From: Candidatus Magasanikiibacteriota bacterium
GTDB lineage: Bacteria > Patescibacteriota > Patescibacteriia > Magasanikbacterales > UBA922
Reading direction: 5' to 3'
DNA length: 64,000 nt
Assembly (NCBI GenBank): GCA_018650645.1
Contig: JABIFP010000020.1
Location: 8,385-72,384 of the forward strand
Positions 46,981-56,803 of the stretch are shown piece by piece. The notes beneath the pieces were generated by a model. That model was not told where the DNA came from, made no database searches, and worked only from the letters and a program-made list of their open reading frames with translations. Each line of letters starts with the position of its first letter. Position 1 is the stretch's first letter. Both the position numbers and the translations under genes were made by a program.

Positions 46981-48250
46981 ATTTCTTTAATTGCCTTGTA
47001 CTCCGCTGATACGCAATAGCAAACCGATGTGCTTCGTCTCTGAGCGCTATAAGCTCTTTTTTATGAGAAGCGACCCAGGCCACAAAGCTTGGGTTTTTTG
47101 ATCCTAAAACAAACTCATTTTTCTTTCTTTCTGCCCCTTTTGCAATGCCCACAACAGGAATCGCAATACGCAAATATGTGAGCACTTTTTTTGCCCTATT
47201 CACTTGTGGCAATCCCCCATCAACCATCACCACAGCAGGATACTGCCATTCGGGATGCCTAAATCTTCTCAGAAGTACCTCTTCTATGCAATCCACATCG
47301 CTCTGCCCTTCTACCGTCTTGATTTTAAATTTTCTATACTGACTTTTTGCCTGTTCGCCGCCAACTGAGACAACCATAGAACCAACTTTCCCAGTATTAC
47401 CAAGATTTGAAATATCGTACCCTTCCACCCTGAGTTCATGCGCATGTTCTCCCATGTCGTCTTGCACAAAGCTTTTGTTAAGGAGCGCCATATCATGGAT
47501 ACGTTCAAGTGCGTGAAGCTGATTGCGCAAACGTGCAGCTTCTTCAAACTGCTCCTTTTTTGCAGCACCTGCCATACGCTTTTTTATATTGCCTAGCAAT
47601 CGCTTCTTTCCTCCCTTAAGTAATGTGATAAGTGGCATAATAACATCTCGCTTGTATGCTGCAGCAGAAATGTCTCCTGTGCACACACCCAAACACTGCT
47701 TCATTTGCCTATACAAACATGGCCGCTTTGCCTCTGGTTTGCATGTAGAGATGGTAAACAGCCTGCGCAGTAATCTGAGTGCCTGTTTGGTATTAAGCCC
47801 TGGAAACGGACCAAACACATGTGAAAATTGTTTTTGCTGCGTTTTACTCAGCAATTGAAATTGGTGAAAGCGGAACGCCTCAAGCCTGGGGTAGTCATCA
47901 TTAGTAATAACTAAATAATTCCAGCTTTTATTGTCTTTTCCAAGCACATTATATGCTGGCTGATATTTTTTGATCCAATTTGCCTCTGCAATAATCGCTT
48001 CAAGTACTGAATCTGTTTCTTTATATGCTATTTTTGTGACCGTCTGCATCATTTGCTCAATAGGCCGCCTCGTTTTTGGCCCAGTAAAATAGCTCCCCAC
48101 TCGTGAACGTAGTGATGTTGCCTTCCCCACGTAGACAAGCTCTTTTTTTGCATTATAAAAAACATAGATACCTGGTGCATCCGGAAACGTCTTCGCCTTG
48201 TTTTTTAGTGCTTCTTGCGTCATACTCTTATGTACTATAGTAACACGCAC
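46979..48250 (-). CDS. uvrC: excinuclease ABC subunit C, short form lacking the C-terminal (HhH)2 domain
   Basis: GIY-YIG N-terminus (GIYVFYNAKKELVYVGKATSLRSR), a UvrBC-interaction region and an RNase H-like endonuclease domain ending in RDEAHRFAIAYQR. Length is 423 aa. Confidence 0.8.
   Translation of the reverse strand: MRVTIVHKSMTQEALKNKAKTFPDAPGIYVFYNAKKELVYVGKATSLRSRVGSYFTGPKTRRPIEQMMQTVTKIAYKETDSVLEAIIAEANWIKKYQPAYNVLGKDNKSWNYLVITNDDYPRLEAFRFHQFQLLSKTQQKQFSHVFGPFPGLNTKQALRLLRRLFTISTCKPEAKRPCLYRQMKQCLGVCTGDISAAAYKRDVIMPLITLLKGGKKRLLGNIKKRMAGAAKKEQFEEAARLRNQLHALERIHDMALLNKSFVQDDMGEHAHELRVEGYDISNLGNTGKVGSMVVSVGGEQAKSQYRKFKIKTVEGQSDVDCIEEVLLRRFRHPEWQYPAVVMVDGGLPQVNRAKKVLTYLRIAIPVVGIAKGAERKKNEFVLGSKNPSFVAWVASHKKELIALRDEAHRFAIAYQRSTRQLKK
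46998..47064 (+). repeat. 67-bp direct-repeat copy B (the authentic uvrC 3' coding end)
   Basis: Partner of 43893-43959. Confidence 0.7.
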
Positions 48251-48265
48251 TCATAGAAATACAAT

Positions 48266-48820
48266 ATGTTAACGTTTAGACAAGCAATTGAGGCCTTCGA
48301 TACAGAGCGAGCAGGAAACCCTACCTGGAATATTGATAATAAGACAGGCATGCTACTACAGGCGCTTATTACAGAGAACAACTATACGAGTGCGCTTGAA
48401 ATTGGTACCTCTACTGGCTATTCAGCACTGCATATAGCAAATGCGCTTTCACAAACAGATGGATCGCTTGTTACTGTTGAATCACACACTGAGCGATTTA
48501 CTATTGCGAAAGAACGATTTGCATCACTGAGTGATTCAGCGCGCATAACTCAAGTACAAGGTCATGCACCAGAAATACTTGATGAGATCTCTGGCACATT
48601 CGATTTCATCTTTTTAGATGCTACCAAATATGAACATGTCTCTTATGTAGAGGCGCTCAAGTCGCGTCTTAAATCCGGTGGAATGATTGTTTCAGACAAC
48701 ATGCTCTCTCATAAAGAACAAATGCAGCCACTACTGGAATTAATGGAAGCAAACAAATCATTCAGCTGCGAACTATTAGAAATAGGCACAGGCTTGCTGG
48801 TATCAAAAAACGAGGCCTGA
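48266..48820 (+). CDS. class I SAM-dependent O-methyltransferase (family 3, TrmR/YrrM-like)
   Basis: LEIGTSTGYSAL SAM motif I and FDFIFLDA motif. Confidence 0.7.
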   Translation: MLTFRQAIEAFDTERAGNPTWNIDNKTGMLLQALITENNYTSALEIGTSTGYSALHIANALSQTDGSLVTVESHTERFTIAKERFASLSDSARITQVQGHAPEILDEISGTFDFIFLDATKYEHVSYVEALKSRLKSGGMIVSDNMLSHKEQMQPLLELMEANKSFSCELLEIGTGLLVSKNEA

Positions 48821-48838
48821 TAGCCTCGTTTTTTGTTT
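48805..48838. terminator. bidirectional intrinsic terminator (A6, CGAGGC ctgata GCCTCG, T6)
   Basis: Overlaps the methyltransferase stop codon. Member of a recurring terminator family. Confidence 0.6.
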
Positions 48839-48840
48839 GC

Positions 48841-50628
48841 TTATTTTTTTCTTCCTGTTCTCTTTCTGTCTGATTCCGTAAGCGCTTGTTTTCTAATACG
48901 AATGCTTAGCGGAGTGATTTCTAAATACTCATCCTCTGCAATTGTTTCGAGTCCGCGCTCTAACGTAATGTCAATCGGTGGAGTCAAGTTCAGTGCATCA
49001 TCAGCTCCAGAAGAACGCATGTTAGTAAGCTGCTTTCCTTTAATAGGATTTACTGACATATCTTCACCTTTGGCAACATTCCCAATGACCATTCCTTCAT
49101 ACACTTGCACAGTTGGTCCAATGTATAACGCGCCTCTATCTTGCAAATTTGCAAGTGAGTATCCGAGCGCCTTTCCGGCACACATAGAAATCATTGATCC
49201 TACAGATCGTTTTTCAATGGTACCTGAATATTCTCTAAACCCAACAGTACGGCTAGCCATGATTCCTTCTCCCTTTGTGTCCATGATGAATTGCCCTCGG
49301 TATCCAAGAAGTCCACGTGAAGGAATTTCGAAGAGCAATCGATTTTGGCCATTTTCTGAAGTCATGTTTACCATGATTCCCTTTCTTTTTCCCATTTTTT
49401 CAATCACAGTTCCTGAAAATTCTTCTGGCACATCAACTGTTACTTCTTCGTATGGTTCCTGTTTCTTTCCATCTACCTCACGAATAATTACTTGTGGTTG
49501 AGAAACTTGAATTTCAAATCCTTCTCTTCGCATTTGCTCAAGTAAAATTGCAATGTGCAATTCTCCTCTTCCAAATACTTTAAATCGATCATTTTCTGAA
49601 AAATCAACTTGCAATCCAACATTTACTTCCAACTCTTTTTCTAATCTTTCTTTAATTTGTCTTGTTGTTACAAATTTTCCTTCTTTCCCTGCAAACGGTG
49701 AGTTGTTTACTAGAAAATCAATTCCAATCGTCGGCTCATCCACGCGAATAGCAGGTAAAGCTTCTTGATCTGCGTTTTCACAAATTGTTTCTCCAATATC
49801 GATGTCTGCAATTCCAGCAAGCATCACAATGTCTCCTGCCCCAGCTTCTTTCACTTCAATGGTATCGAATCCTTTAAACTGTTGAAGCTTAGTAATTGAA
49901 GCAGTTCGAGTTTCTCCATTTGGTTTTTTTACAATAACTTTTGCTCCAGCTTTTACAACTCCTTCATAAATTCTTCCAATTGCAAGTCGACCAACAAAGT
50001 CGTCGTACCCAAGGTTGAATGGTTGCATTTTAAATGGAACGTCTATTTTACTTTCTGCTGCTGGCACATGCTCCATAATCATATCAAGCAGTGGAGTCAT
50101 GTCCGTCGATTCGTCATTCAATTCTTTCATTGCGATTCCAGCCTTCCCGTTTGAGTAGCAATATGGGAATTCAAGTTGATCAGCATCAGCACCAAGATCA
50201 ATAAAGAGCTCAAGTACCGCGTCATATACATATGCCGGTCTTGCTGCTGGTTTATCGATTTTGTTGAGCACCACAAGAGGTTTCAATCCGAGTTCCAAAC
50301 TCTTTTTCAATACAAATTTTGTTTGTGGCATTGGTCCTTCTTGTGCATCTACTACCAAAATCACCGCATCGATTGAACGAAGGACACGTTCTACCTCTGA
50401 ACCAAAATCAGCATGCCCTGGCGTATCCACGATGTTAATTTTTGTGTCTTTATAATAAAGCGTCGTGTTCTTTGCATAAATAGTAATTCCACGCTCTTGT
50501 TCAAGCGCGTTACTATCCATACTCTTCGCTTCGTCGCTAACCATGCCAGTTTGACGTAAAAGCGCGTCCGTTAGTGTTGTTTTACCATGATCTACATGGG
50601 CGATAATCGCAATATTTCTGATATCCAT
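48841..50628 (-). CDS. typA: translational GTPase TypA/BipA
   Basis: MDIRNIAIIAHVDHGKTTL start, EF-G-like domains and a BipA C-terminal domain. The start is set at the Met preceded by a promoter and Shine-Dalgarno sequence; the ORF track extends 52 codons further upstream. Confidence 0.9.
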   Translation of the reverse strand: MDIRNIAIIAHVDHGKTTLTDALLRQTGMVSDEAKSMDSNALEQERGITIYAKNTTLYYKDTKINIVDTPGHADFGSEVERVLRSIDAVILVVDAQEGPMPQTKFVLKKSLELGLKPLVVLNKIDKPAARPAYVYDAVLELFIDLGADADQLEFPYCYSNGKAGIAMKELNDESTDMTPLLDMIMEHVPAAESKIDVPFKMQPFNLGYDDFVGRLAIGRIYEGVVKAGAKVIVKKPNGETRTASITKLQQFKGFDTIEVKEAGAGDIVMLAGIADIDIGETICENADQEALPAIRVDEPTIGIDFLVNNSPFAGKEGKFVTTRQIKERLEKELEVNVGLQVDFSENDRFKVFGRGELHIAILLEQMRREGFEIQVSQPQVIIREVDGKKQEPYEEVTVDVPEEFSGTVIEKMGKRKGIMVNMTSENGQNRLLFEIPSRGLLGYRGQFIMDTKGEGIMASRTVGFREYSGTIEKRSVGSMISMCAGKALGYSLANLQDRGALYIGPTVQVYEGMVIGNVAKGEDMSVNPIKGKQLTNMRSSGADDALNLTPPIDITLERGLETIAEDEYLEITPLSIRIRKQALTESDRKRTGRKK

Positions 50629-50680
50629 ATGTATGATGAAAGAAAAAGCGCTCACCAATGTGAGGCTTTGTATTGGCGCG

Positions 50681-50709
50681 AGTATACTCCCTAGCGCCAT
50701 TTTTGTCAA
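50681..50709 (-). promoter_or_regulatory. near-consensus sigma70 promoter for typA (TTGACA, 17-bp spacer, TATACT)
   Basis: On the minus strand, TTGACA aaaatggcgctagggag TATACT lies about 50 nt upstream of the typA ATG. Confidence 0.5.
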
Positions 50710-50749
50710 TGTCTGGTTGGCCGCCTTTTCGGGCGGCCAGTGGTTTTCT

Positions 50750-50998
50750 TCATCGGCATACCGAACAGGGATAGGATACCCCAAGCCGGTTCACCCTGCC
50801 GCGCCCACAGCACCTCCAACAATCCGGCCCCTCCCTGGGCTTTTTTTTCTCTGAGGTATCAGGCGTTTTCTCCCTCAGTTCATCACTCGAGAGCTCTTGG
50901 CACGAACACGTATACTCACCGCGCACACCATTCTCCTCTCGGATCCCAACCCCGCTGCCACCACAGCTGCGACATCGAGACGTGTTATATCCACCCAT
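50750..50998 (-). CDS. cysteine-rich small protein with DnaJ-type CxxCxGxG zinc-finger repeats, in a GC-rich islet
   Basis: CRSCGGSG and CWRCCGRG match CxxCxGxG, and additional CxC and CxxC pairs are present. A strong GGAGGTG Shine-Dalgarno sequence precedes the start. About 55% GC. Confidence 0.5.
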   Translation of the reverse strand: MGGYNTSRCRSCGGSGVGIREENGVRGEYTCSCQELSSDELREKTPDTSEKKKPREGPDCWRCCGRGRVNRLGVSYPCSVCR

Positions 50999-51110
50999 GT
51001 AACACCTCCTTTCGGTGTATATAGATTATCTCAAATCCTACGCATTCAGTAAATAGATTGAATTCATGTAAAAAAAACGCTATTATGAACCTATATTATT
51101 AATCACGTTT

Positions 51111-51494
51111 ATGTTCAAAGAATTCAAAAAATTCGCAATCAAAGGAAATGTCATGGATATGGCAGTCGGTATCATTATTGGTGCGGCGTTTGGAAAAATT
51201 GTCAGCTCATTTGTTGCTGATGTTGTCATGCCACCAATTGGGTATATTTTAGGTGGAATCGATTTATCTCATTTACATATTGTACTTAAGGATGCAACAG
51301 AAACAGCCGCAGCCATTACCTGGAATTATGGTGCATTCTTTAATACCATAGTCGATTTTGTCATCATTGCTTTTGCCGTATTTATGATGGTCAAACAAAT
51401 GAATAAATTGCAAAAAAAGGAAGAAGCAAAACCAACAGCACCACCAGAGGATGTATTACTGCTAAGAGAAATTAGAGATGCGCTGAAAAAATAG
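51111..51494 (+). CDS. mscL: large-conductance mechanosensitive channel
   Basis: [30 protein letters not shown] signature N-terminus with two TM helices. Confidence 0.9.
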   Translation: MFKEFKKFAIKGNVMDMAVGIIIGAAFGKIVSSFVADVVMPPIGYILGGIDLSHLHIVLKDATETAAAITWNYGAFFNTIVDFVIIAFAVFMMVKQMNKLQKKEEAKPTAPPEDVLLLREIRDALKK

Positions 51495-51502
51495 CTCAAA
51501 AC

Positions 51503-51534
51503 AAAAAACGAGGCTGTTGCCTCGTTTTTTGTTT
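51503..51534. terminator. bidirectional intrinsic terminator (A6, CGAGGC tgtt GCCTCG, T6)
   Basis: Same motif family as 27185 and 48805. Confidence 0.6.
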
Positions 51535-52926
51535 CTAAATCACTCGTAGTGTGACGGGCCTAACCATTCCCATAGAACACGATATTTTATATGTTCCCTT
51601 TTTTGGCGAACCAATATCAATAACATTCATTCCAGGTTTGAGCGCTACAAATCCATCAAACAATCCTCGCGATGCGATATAAAGTCCGCATCCTTGCATT
51701 CCCTGATTATCTACCTGAAGCTGCGCCCGCTGATTGGCGTTAATCGTCATACTACCCGTTGGTGTATAGGTAAACCCACTCGCCTTGAGTGAAACCACCT
51801 GAACTCCGTTTTGCGCAGCGGCAACTCCTTCTTCTACTGTTGCCGTGCCTACATCAGATAAACTCTTCCATCCAAGCACATTAAATTGCGCATTGATGTT
51901 GTATACCGCAAATACCACCAGGAGCATTCCCGCCACTAAAGAGAAACGCGCACGCCAATGTGGTTTAGATGATGCTTTTACTCCTGCAACACTAATTGCA
52001 AGAAGTGGAATGACTGTTCCAAGTGCAAACGCAAGCATCATGAGCGCACCGGAAATAACATTCCCGGCGGCTAGCGCAACTCCTTGTACAACAAGTGTAA
52101 ATCCACACGGAAGCAGTACGGTTGCAGCACCTATCGCTGATGGTAAACGAGATCCCTCTTTTGTTCCTGCGGCTTTTACAAATCGCTTGGGCAATGAAAT
52201 TGCAAATCGCTGTGCCCAAGATACGCCCGCCATTTGGAGCCCAATAAGCCCCATAATGACTGAGATCATCACAATAAGCGTGGCATACAGACCGGCCGAA
52301 TTGAATGTTAGGAATGATCCAAATCCACCAAGCACTGCACCAAATATGGTATACGCAAGCAAACGTCCACCATAGAATTGCATGTGCGGCAGTAGTCGCG
52401 CTTTAAGTGACGTAGCACCACCCTGCAATTCATCAAATGATTTACTTAAAGAAAGTACAATTCCTCCAATAAGTGCTGCACAGCTTGATAATCCTGCAAC
52501 AATCCCAAAGACAAAGAATACCGGCAGTGATGAACTATCGTCTAGGCTTATAAATTGCCCTATATTGCTTCTTTCAAGCAGCATTGCGGCATAGAGTACC
52601 ACTACGAAAATAGCCGGCGTAGTAAGCCGTTTTTGAAGCTGTTTCCAATCGACTTTTACTCCTTTTTGTCCTGGCACTGTATAAAGCAATGGTTCTTTCC
52701 CCTTCATTTTTTCTTGCTTTTGCAAAGAAAAGGAATACTTTTCTTTCACAAATAATCGATTTAATGATTCCACGCTTGGTCCTTCTCCCGTTACTTCAAG
52801 TCTCACCGTTCCCTGCGCCATGGAAACATCCGCTGCCGTTACATCCGTTCTTTTTAAGAGCTCTTTTTCTATTATAAGCTCACAGCTGGCACAATGCAGG
52901 CCAATTACATATAATTGTTTCATCAT
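51535..52926 (-). CDS. fusion protein with an N-terminal HMA (CxxC) domain, a DsbD/CcdA-like TM region and a C-terminal cupredoxin-like domain
   Basis: The N-terminal GLHCASCE metal-binding motif and a multi-TM core with LPCGFTLVV. The C-terminal beta-rich domain resembles cupredoxin-type folds. The exact function is unclear. Confidence 0.55.
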   Translation of the reverse strand: MMKQLYVIGLHCASCELIIEKELLKRTDVTAADVSMAQGTVRLEVTGEGPSVESLNRLFVKEKYSFSLQKQEKMKGKEPLLYTVPGQKGVKVDWKQLQKRLTTPAIFVVVLYAAMLLERSNIGQFISLDDSSSLPVFFVFGIVAGLSSCAALIGGIVLSLSKSFDELQGGATSLKARLLPHMQFYGGRLLAYTIFGAVLGGFGSFLTFNSAGLYATLIVMISVIMGLIGLQMAGVSWAQRFAISLPKRFVKAAGTKEGSRLPSAIGAATVLLPCGFTLVVQGVALAAGNVISGALMMLAFALGTVIPLLAISVAGVKASSKPHWRARFSLVAGMLLVVFAVYNINAQFNVLGWKSLSDVGTATVEEGVAAAQNGVQVVSLKASGFTYTPTGSMTINANQRAQLQVDNQGMQGCGLYIASRGLFDGFVALKPGMNVIDIGSPKKGTYKISCSMGMVRPVTLRVI

Positions 52927-52928
52927 AT

Positions 52929-55265
52929 TTATTGTACTAGATTACTGAGCACCACAACTGCGCTAATGGCAATTGCAATGAAAAGAAAAAATCGAACATC
53001 AGAGGCATTTTTGTTCTGCATGGTAAGCGATTTGAGACGAACTGAATTCATCACAACAGAGACTGAGCTAAACGCCATTGCGGCTCCAGCGATAGCCGGA
53101 GAAAGCAGTAGCCCAAAACTGTACAGCACACCTGCCGCAAATGGAATCGCGAGCACGTTGTACCCAAATGCCCAGAACAAATTTTGTTTTATTACACGCA
53201 ATGTCAGTTTTGATAGGCCAATAGTATGCGCTACTTTTTCTACCGATCCTTCAATCAGCACAACATCTCCAGATGCAATAGCTACATCCGTTCCGGTTCC
53301 CATCGCAATTCCTACGTCGCTTGCAGCAAGCGCTGGTGCGTCATTAATTCCATCTCCTACCATGGCAACGGAACCATACACTTTTTGTAGACGCACTATA
53401 TGCTTTGCTTTTTCAGCTGGAAGCACCTCAGCAATAACTGTATCGATTCCTAATTCTTCTGCAACCACAGCTGCACTCGTTTGATTGTCTCCTGTCAGGA
53501 TCGCTGTCTTTACTCCCATTGATTGCAGCTGCGCAATACTCGTTTTGGCAGATGTCTTTGGCGTATCAAACAGCGCAAACGATGCTACATGCATCTTACC
53601 AATAGCCATATGCACAAGTGTTTGCCCTTTTGTTTTTGCAAAGGTGGCGATTTCGCTCACAATATCTATTCCTTTCTCCTTCATAAGTCTTGGATTCCCG
53701 ATTGCAACGCGTTTATTGGCATGCATAGCAACTACACCCATTCCTTCCATGTTTTTGAATCCAGATACCGTTACTTTTTTTGCTCCATCTGTAAACGCGG
53801 CAATAGCATCTGATATAGGATGCTCACTGAGTGATTCAACAGCATGAGCAATAGCGTGTAGCTCTTCTTCTTTTGCATCCTTAGCGAACTGCGCTGCCGT
53901 TACTTTAGGTGTTCCGTTTGTAAGCGTCCCTGTTTTATCAAAGACAACCATGTTTAGTGTGTGTGCATGTGCTAATGCTCGTGCATCTTTAATCAGAATT
54001 CCCTGCCCTGCCGCTTTTCCTGTTCCAACCATAATAGCTGTAGGGGTTGCCAGGCCTAAAGCACATGGGCAAGCAATAATTAACACTGACGTTGCAATAT
54101 AAAATGCGAGTTCTATTGATCCGCTTTGCGCAATAAATGCCCAAAAAACAAATGTCAGAACTGCAATTGCAATAACTACCGGCACAAAGATTCTTGAAAT
54201 TTTATCTGCCAGTTTCTGAATCGGCGCCCGAGAACCCTGCGCTTCTTGTACAAGCAAAATGATTTGTGCAAGTAAAGTATCTTTTCCAACCTTTGTTGCC
54301 TTCATTACAATAGACGAGGTCTTATTAATGGTAGCACCAATAACATCAGCCTTTACCGCTTTACTCACAGGAAGCGATTCGCCCGTTACCATAGATTCAT
54401 CAATCGTCGTTTCTCCTTCCGCAATGACTCCATCCACAGGAATTTTTTCTCCTGGCCGCACACGAATCATGTCGCCAGCTACAACTTCTTCTACCGGCAC
54501 TTGTATTTCTTTCCCATTCTTTATAACACTAGCCGTTTTTGCTCCAAGTGAAAGCAGTGCCTTCATTGCAGCACTCGCTTGCCCTTTTGCTTTCGCTTCC
54601 AAAAGCCTTCCAATCAGAATAAAGAGCACAATAAAGACCGCCGCTTCATAAAAGACATCTACCTTCACACTTCCAAATGCATCCGGGAAAAATGTTACCA
54701 CCGTAGAAAATGCCCACGCAGTAAATGTTCCCATGGCAATAAGTGTATCCATGTTTGCCGCCTTGCCTTTAATCGCTTTAAACGCACTGACAAAGAATGT
54801 TTTTCCTCCAATAAATAAAATTGGGGTTGCAACAAAAAACTGCAACAAGAAAAAGATATTGATCGATCCAGACATGCCGAGTGGTGCGTGTGACATTGGG
54901 GTTCCTGTTACTCCAGCATATAACATGCGAGCCATAATAATGGCAAACGGAATAGCAGCTACCGCAATAACTCTCACACGAGTACGTAATAGTGTATATT
55001 CTTTTGCTTTAAGCGCATCAGCATCATGAGCCGAATTGCTGTTATCTTGTTTAGGAATAACCAGCGTATAATCGCCTACTTCTGCCACATGCGCAGCAAT
55101 TTGTTCTACAGTCAGTTTCGTTTCATCAAACGTAATAAGCATTGATTCTGCAGCATAATTAATGCTCACAGATTGCACGCCGGCAACCTCGGTAAGCGCA
55201 TCTTCAATGCGCGCTTTGCAACTGGCACAGTGCATGCCAACAAGTGGATATGTTTGTTTATTCAT
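52929..55265 (-). CDS. copA: copper-translocating P1B-type ATPase
   Basis: N-terminal GMHCASC HMA domain, CPC transmembrane motif, DKTGTLT phosphorylation site and GDGINDAP. Confidence 0.9.
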   Translation of the reverse strand: MNKQTYPLVGMHCASCKARIEDALTEVAGVQSVSINYAAESMLITFDETKLTVEQIAAHVAEVGDYTLVIPKQDNSNSAHDADALKAKEYTLLRTRVRVIAVAAIPFAIIMARMLYAGVTGTPMSHAPLGMSGSINIFFLLQFFVATPILFIGGKTFFVSAFKAIKGKAANMDTLIAMGTFTAWAFSTVVTFFPDAFGSVKVDVFYEAAVFIVLFILIGRLLEAKAKGQASAAMKALLSLGAKTASVIKNGKEIQVPVEEVVAGDMIRVRPGEKIPVDGVIAEGETTIDESMVTGESLPVSKAVKADVIGATINKTSSIVMKATKVGKDTLLAQIILLVQEAQGSRAPIQKLADKISRIFVPVVIAIAVLTFVFWAFIAQSGSIELAFYIATSVLIIACPCALGLATPTAIMVGTGKAAGQGILIKDARALAHAHTLNMVVFDKTGTLTNGTPKVTAAQFAKDAKEEELHAIAHAVESLSEHPISDAIAAFTDGAKKVTVSGFKNMEGMGVVAMHANKRVAIGNPRLMKEKGIDIVSEIATFAKTKGQTLVHMAIGKMHVASFALFDTPKTSAKTSIAQLQSMGVKTAILTGDNQTSAAVVAEELGIDTVIAEVLPAEKAKHIVRLQKVYGSVAMVGDGINDAPALAASDVGIAMGTGTDVAIASGDVVLIEGSVEKVAHTIGLSKLTLRVIKQNLFWAFGYNVLAIPFAAGVLYSFGLLLSPAIAGAAMAFSSVSVVMNSVRLKSLTMQNKNASDVRFFLFIAIAISAVVVLSNLVQ

Positions 55266-55301
55266 AAAGTCAATAATAATAAATAGTAGCAGCTACTTCT
55301 A

Positions 55302-55718
55302 CTACCATGACTTTGGATGAAGAATTCCTATACGAAAAAGTTGAGAGAGCCAATTACCTGGAGGGGATGTCGCCAAAAACTTCATGAGGCTCGGTAATTG
55401 CCACTTTCTATAATACAGTTGATTTTTTTGACATGTATACGTGCTTGCAAGAACAAGTAAGAGTAGCGTAAAGAGCTGCACCGTTTGTGCCCCCATCGCT
55501 GTACCAGCATCGTGAAATGCGGCCATAATCTTACCAGGCTGCTCCGAATTACTTTGTGCAATTGTGCAACACGCATGCGCACTCATGTCCATTTGTGAAT
55601 CGCCCATATCCATTGCCATCACATGCCCTGTCATACCCAAACCAACACCGGCACAAGAAAGCGCCAGCATGATTACTATACTCAAAGCTAATAGTCTTTT
55701 CTTCATTCTATGATTCAT
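55302..55718 (-). CDS. Met/His-rich small membrane-anchored protein, putative Cu(I)-binding
   Basis: Signal/anchor, then a MTGHVMAMDMGDSQMDMSAH Met/His cluster and a C-terminal TM helix. First gene of the apparent copper operon. Confidence 0.4.
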   Translation of the reverse strand: MNHRMKKRLLALSIVIMLALSCAGVGLGMTGHVMAMDMGDSQMDMSAHACCTIAQSNSEQPGKIMAAFHDAGTAMGAQTVQLFTLLLLVLASTYTCQKNQLYYRKWQLPSLMKFLATSPPGNWLSQLFRIGILHPKSW

Positions 55719-55792
55719 ATGGACATATCATAGCATGAAGAGAATAAAACAAAAAATGAGGCATATGCCTCATTTTTTGCTTACATTCGTTG

Positions 55793-56803
55793 TTATTGTT
55801 TCACGATTCTGATTCCTGCTCGTTTAGCAGCACTATGGTAGTAGTCATACTTTACCGCGTAGGTAGCATCATCGTATGTGAAATAGTGGGTCTTGCCACT
55901 ATATAGTGTGTATACGTGTGTCTTACCTGCATTGATTCGGTATGATACGTAGTTTTTATTTACACTTTTAAGTTTGATGGTTAATCCACTTTCGTGCCAA
56001 ATGACATCATTTGAACATGCTTCGTAGAGTCCATCATCACCGGCACTATCACCACATGAAAATGTTTGTGATACTACTGGTGTTTTTTTAACCGGTGCTT
56101 TCTTGAACACTGGTTGTTTTTTCTTTGGCGTATATGTGCGTTTCTTTGTAACCACACGCTCACTTGTTTTTGTTTTCACAATGGTAAGTGAATCGAGTTC
56201 TTCAGAAAGCATAGTGTTTCCGTAGTCGATAGAAATTTTCGCCATTGGACGAGCGGTCTTGAACGCAATAAATGCGTAGTCTGTGTTTTTCACGTTTCTT
56301 TGCGTGATAACACCAAGTCGCTTTCCTTTTCTATCATAAGCGCGAATTCGCGCTACAGTATTTCCATTACCATTGGCAATGTGGAATCCAACCATATCTA
56401 CGTCGTCTTTGAAATTCATCCAAAGTGCACGATTTTTACTGGTTTTTGGATATACCGCACTATTGGTAATCGACATACTTCCTGATGCTGCCGGAGCATC
56501 ACCACGATTGTAGTCGTTAATAGTGAAAACTTTTGAACCAGATCCATAGAATTTCACACCATGTGAATTCCAGTATTTGGTTTCGACATTTTCACCTGTG
56601 TAGGTATCTTCAAAATCAATTGAGACACCGCTCATACCGAACAGCGTAGTTGCTGAGACGATACTTACACTATTCATGCCACTTGAGACGTAAGCACGAT
56701 TATTTGTAGAAGAATGAGATGCATGTACAGGATGTACAGCTGTTAGTACCGTAAGAGCCGAAATGGCAATTGCAGTCGCTAACGAGACAAGTCTTTTTTG
56801 CAT
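55793..56803 (-). CDS. secreted hypothetical protein (signal peptide, beta-rich)
   Basis: Cleavable signal peptide and no recognizable motif. Confidence 0.45.
   Translation of the reverse strand: MQKRLVSLATAIAISALTVLTAVHPVHASHSSTNNRAYVSSGMNSVSIVSATTLFGMSGVSIDFEDTYTGENVETKYWNSHGVKFYGSGSKVFTINDYNRGDAPAASGSMSITNSAVYPKTSKNRALWMNFKDDVDMVGFHIANGNGNTVARIRAYDRKGKRLGVITQRNVKNTDYAFIAFKTARPMAKISIDYGNTMLSEELDSLTIVKTKTSERVVTKKRTYTPKKKQPVFKKAPVKKTPVVSQTFSCGDSAGDDGLYEACSNDVIWHESGLTIKLKSVNKNYVSYRINAGKTHVYTLYSGKTHYFTYDDATYAVKYDYYHSAAKRAGIRIVKQ

Noticed and set aside
52915-55029. Plus-strand ORFs antisense to copA and the HMA-fusion gene (e.g. 52915-53484, 53485-53847)
   Set aside because: They are antisense to clearly homologous P-type ATPase coding sequence. 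No independent support.
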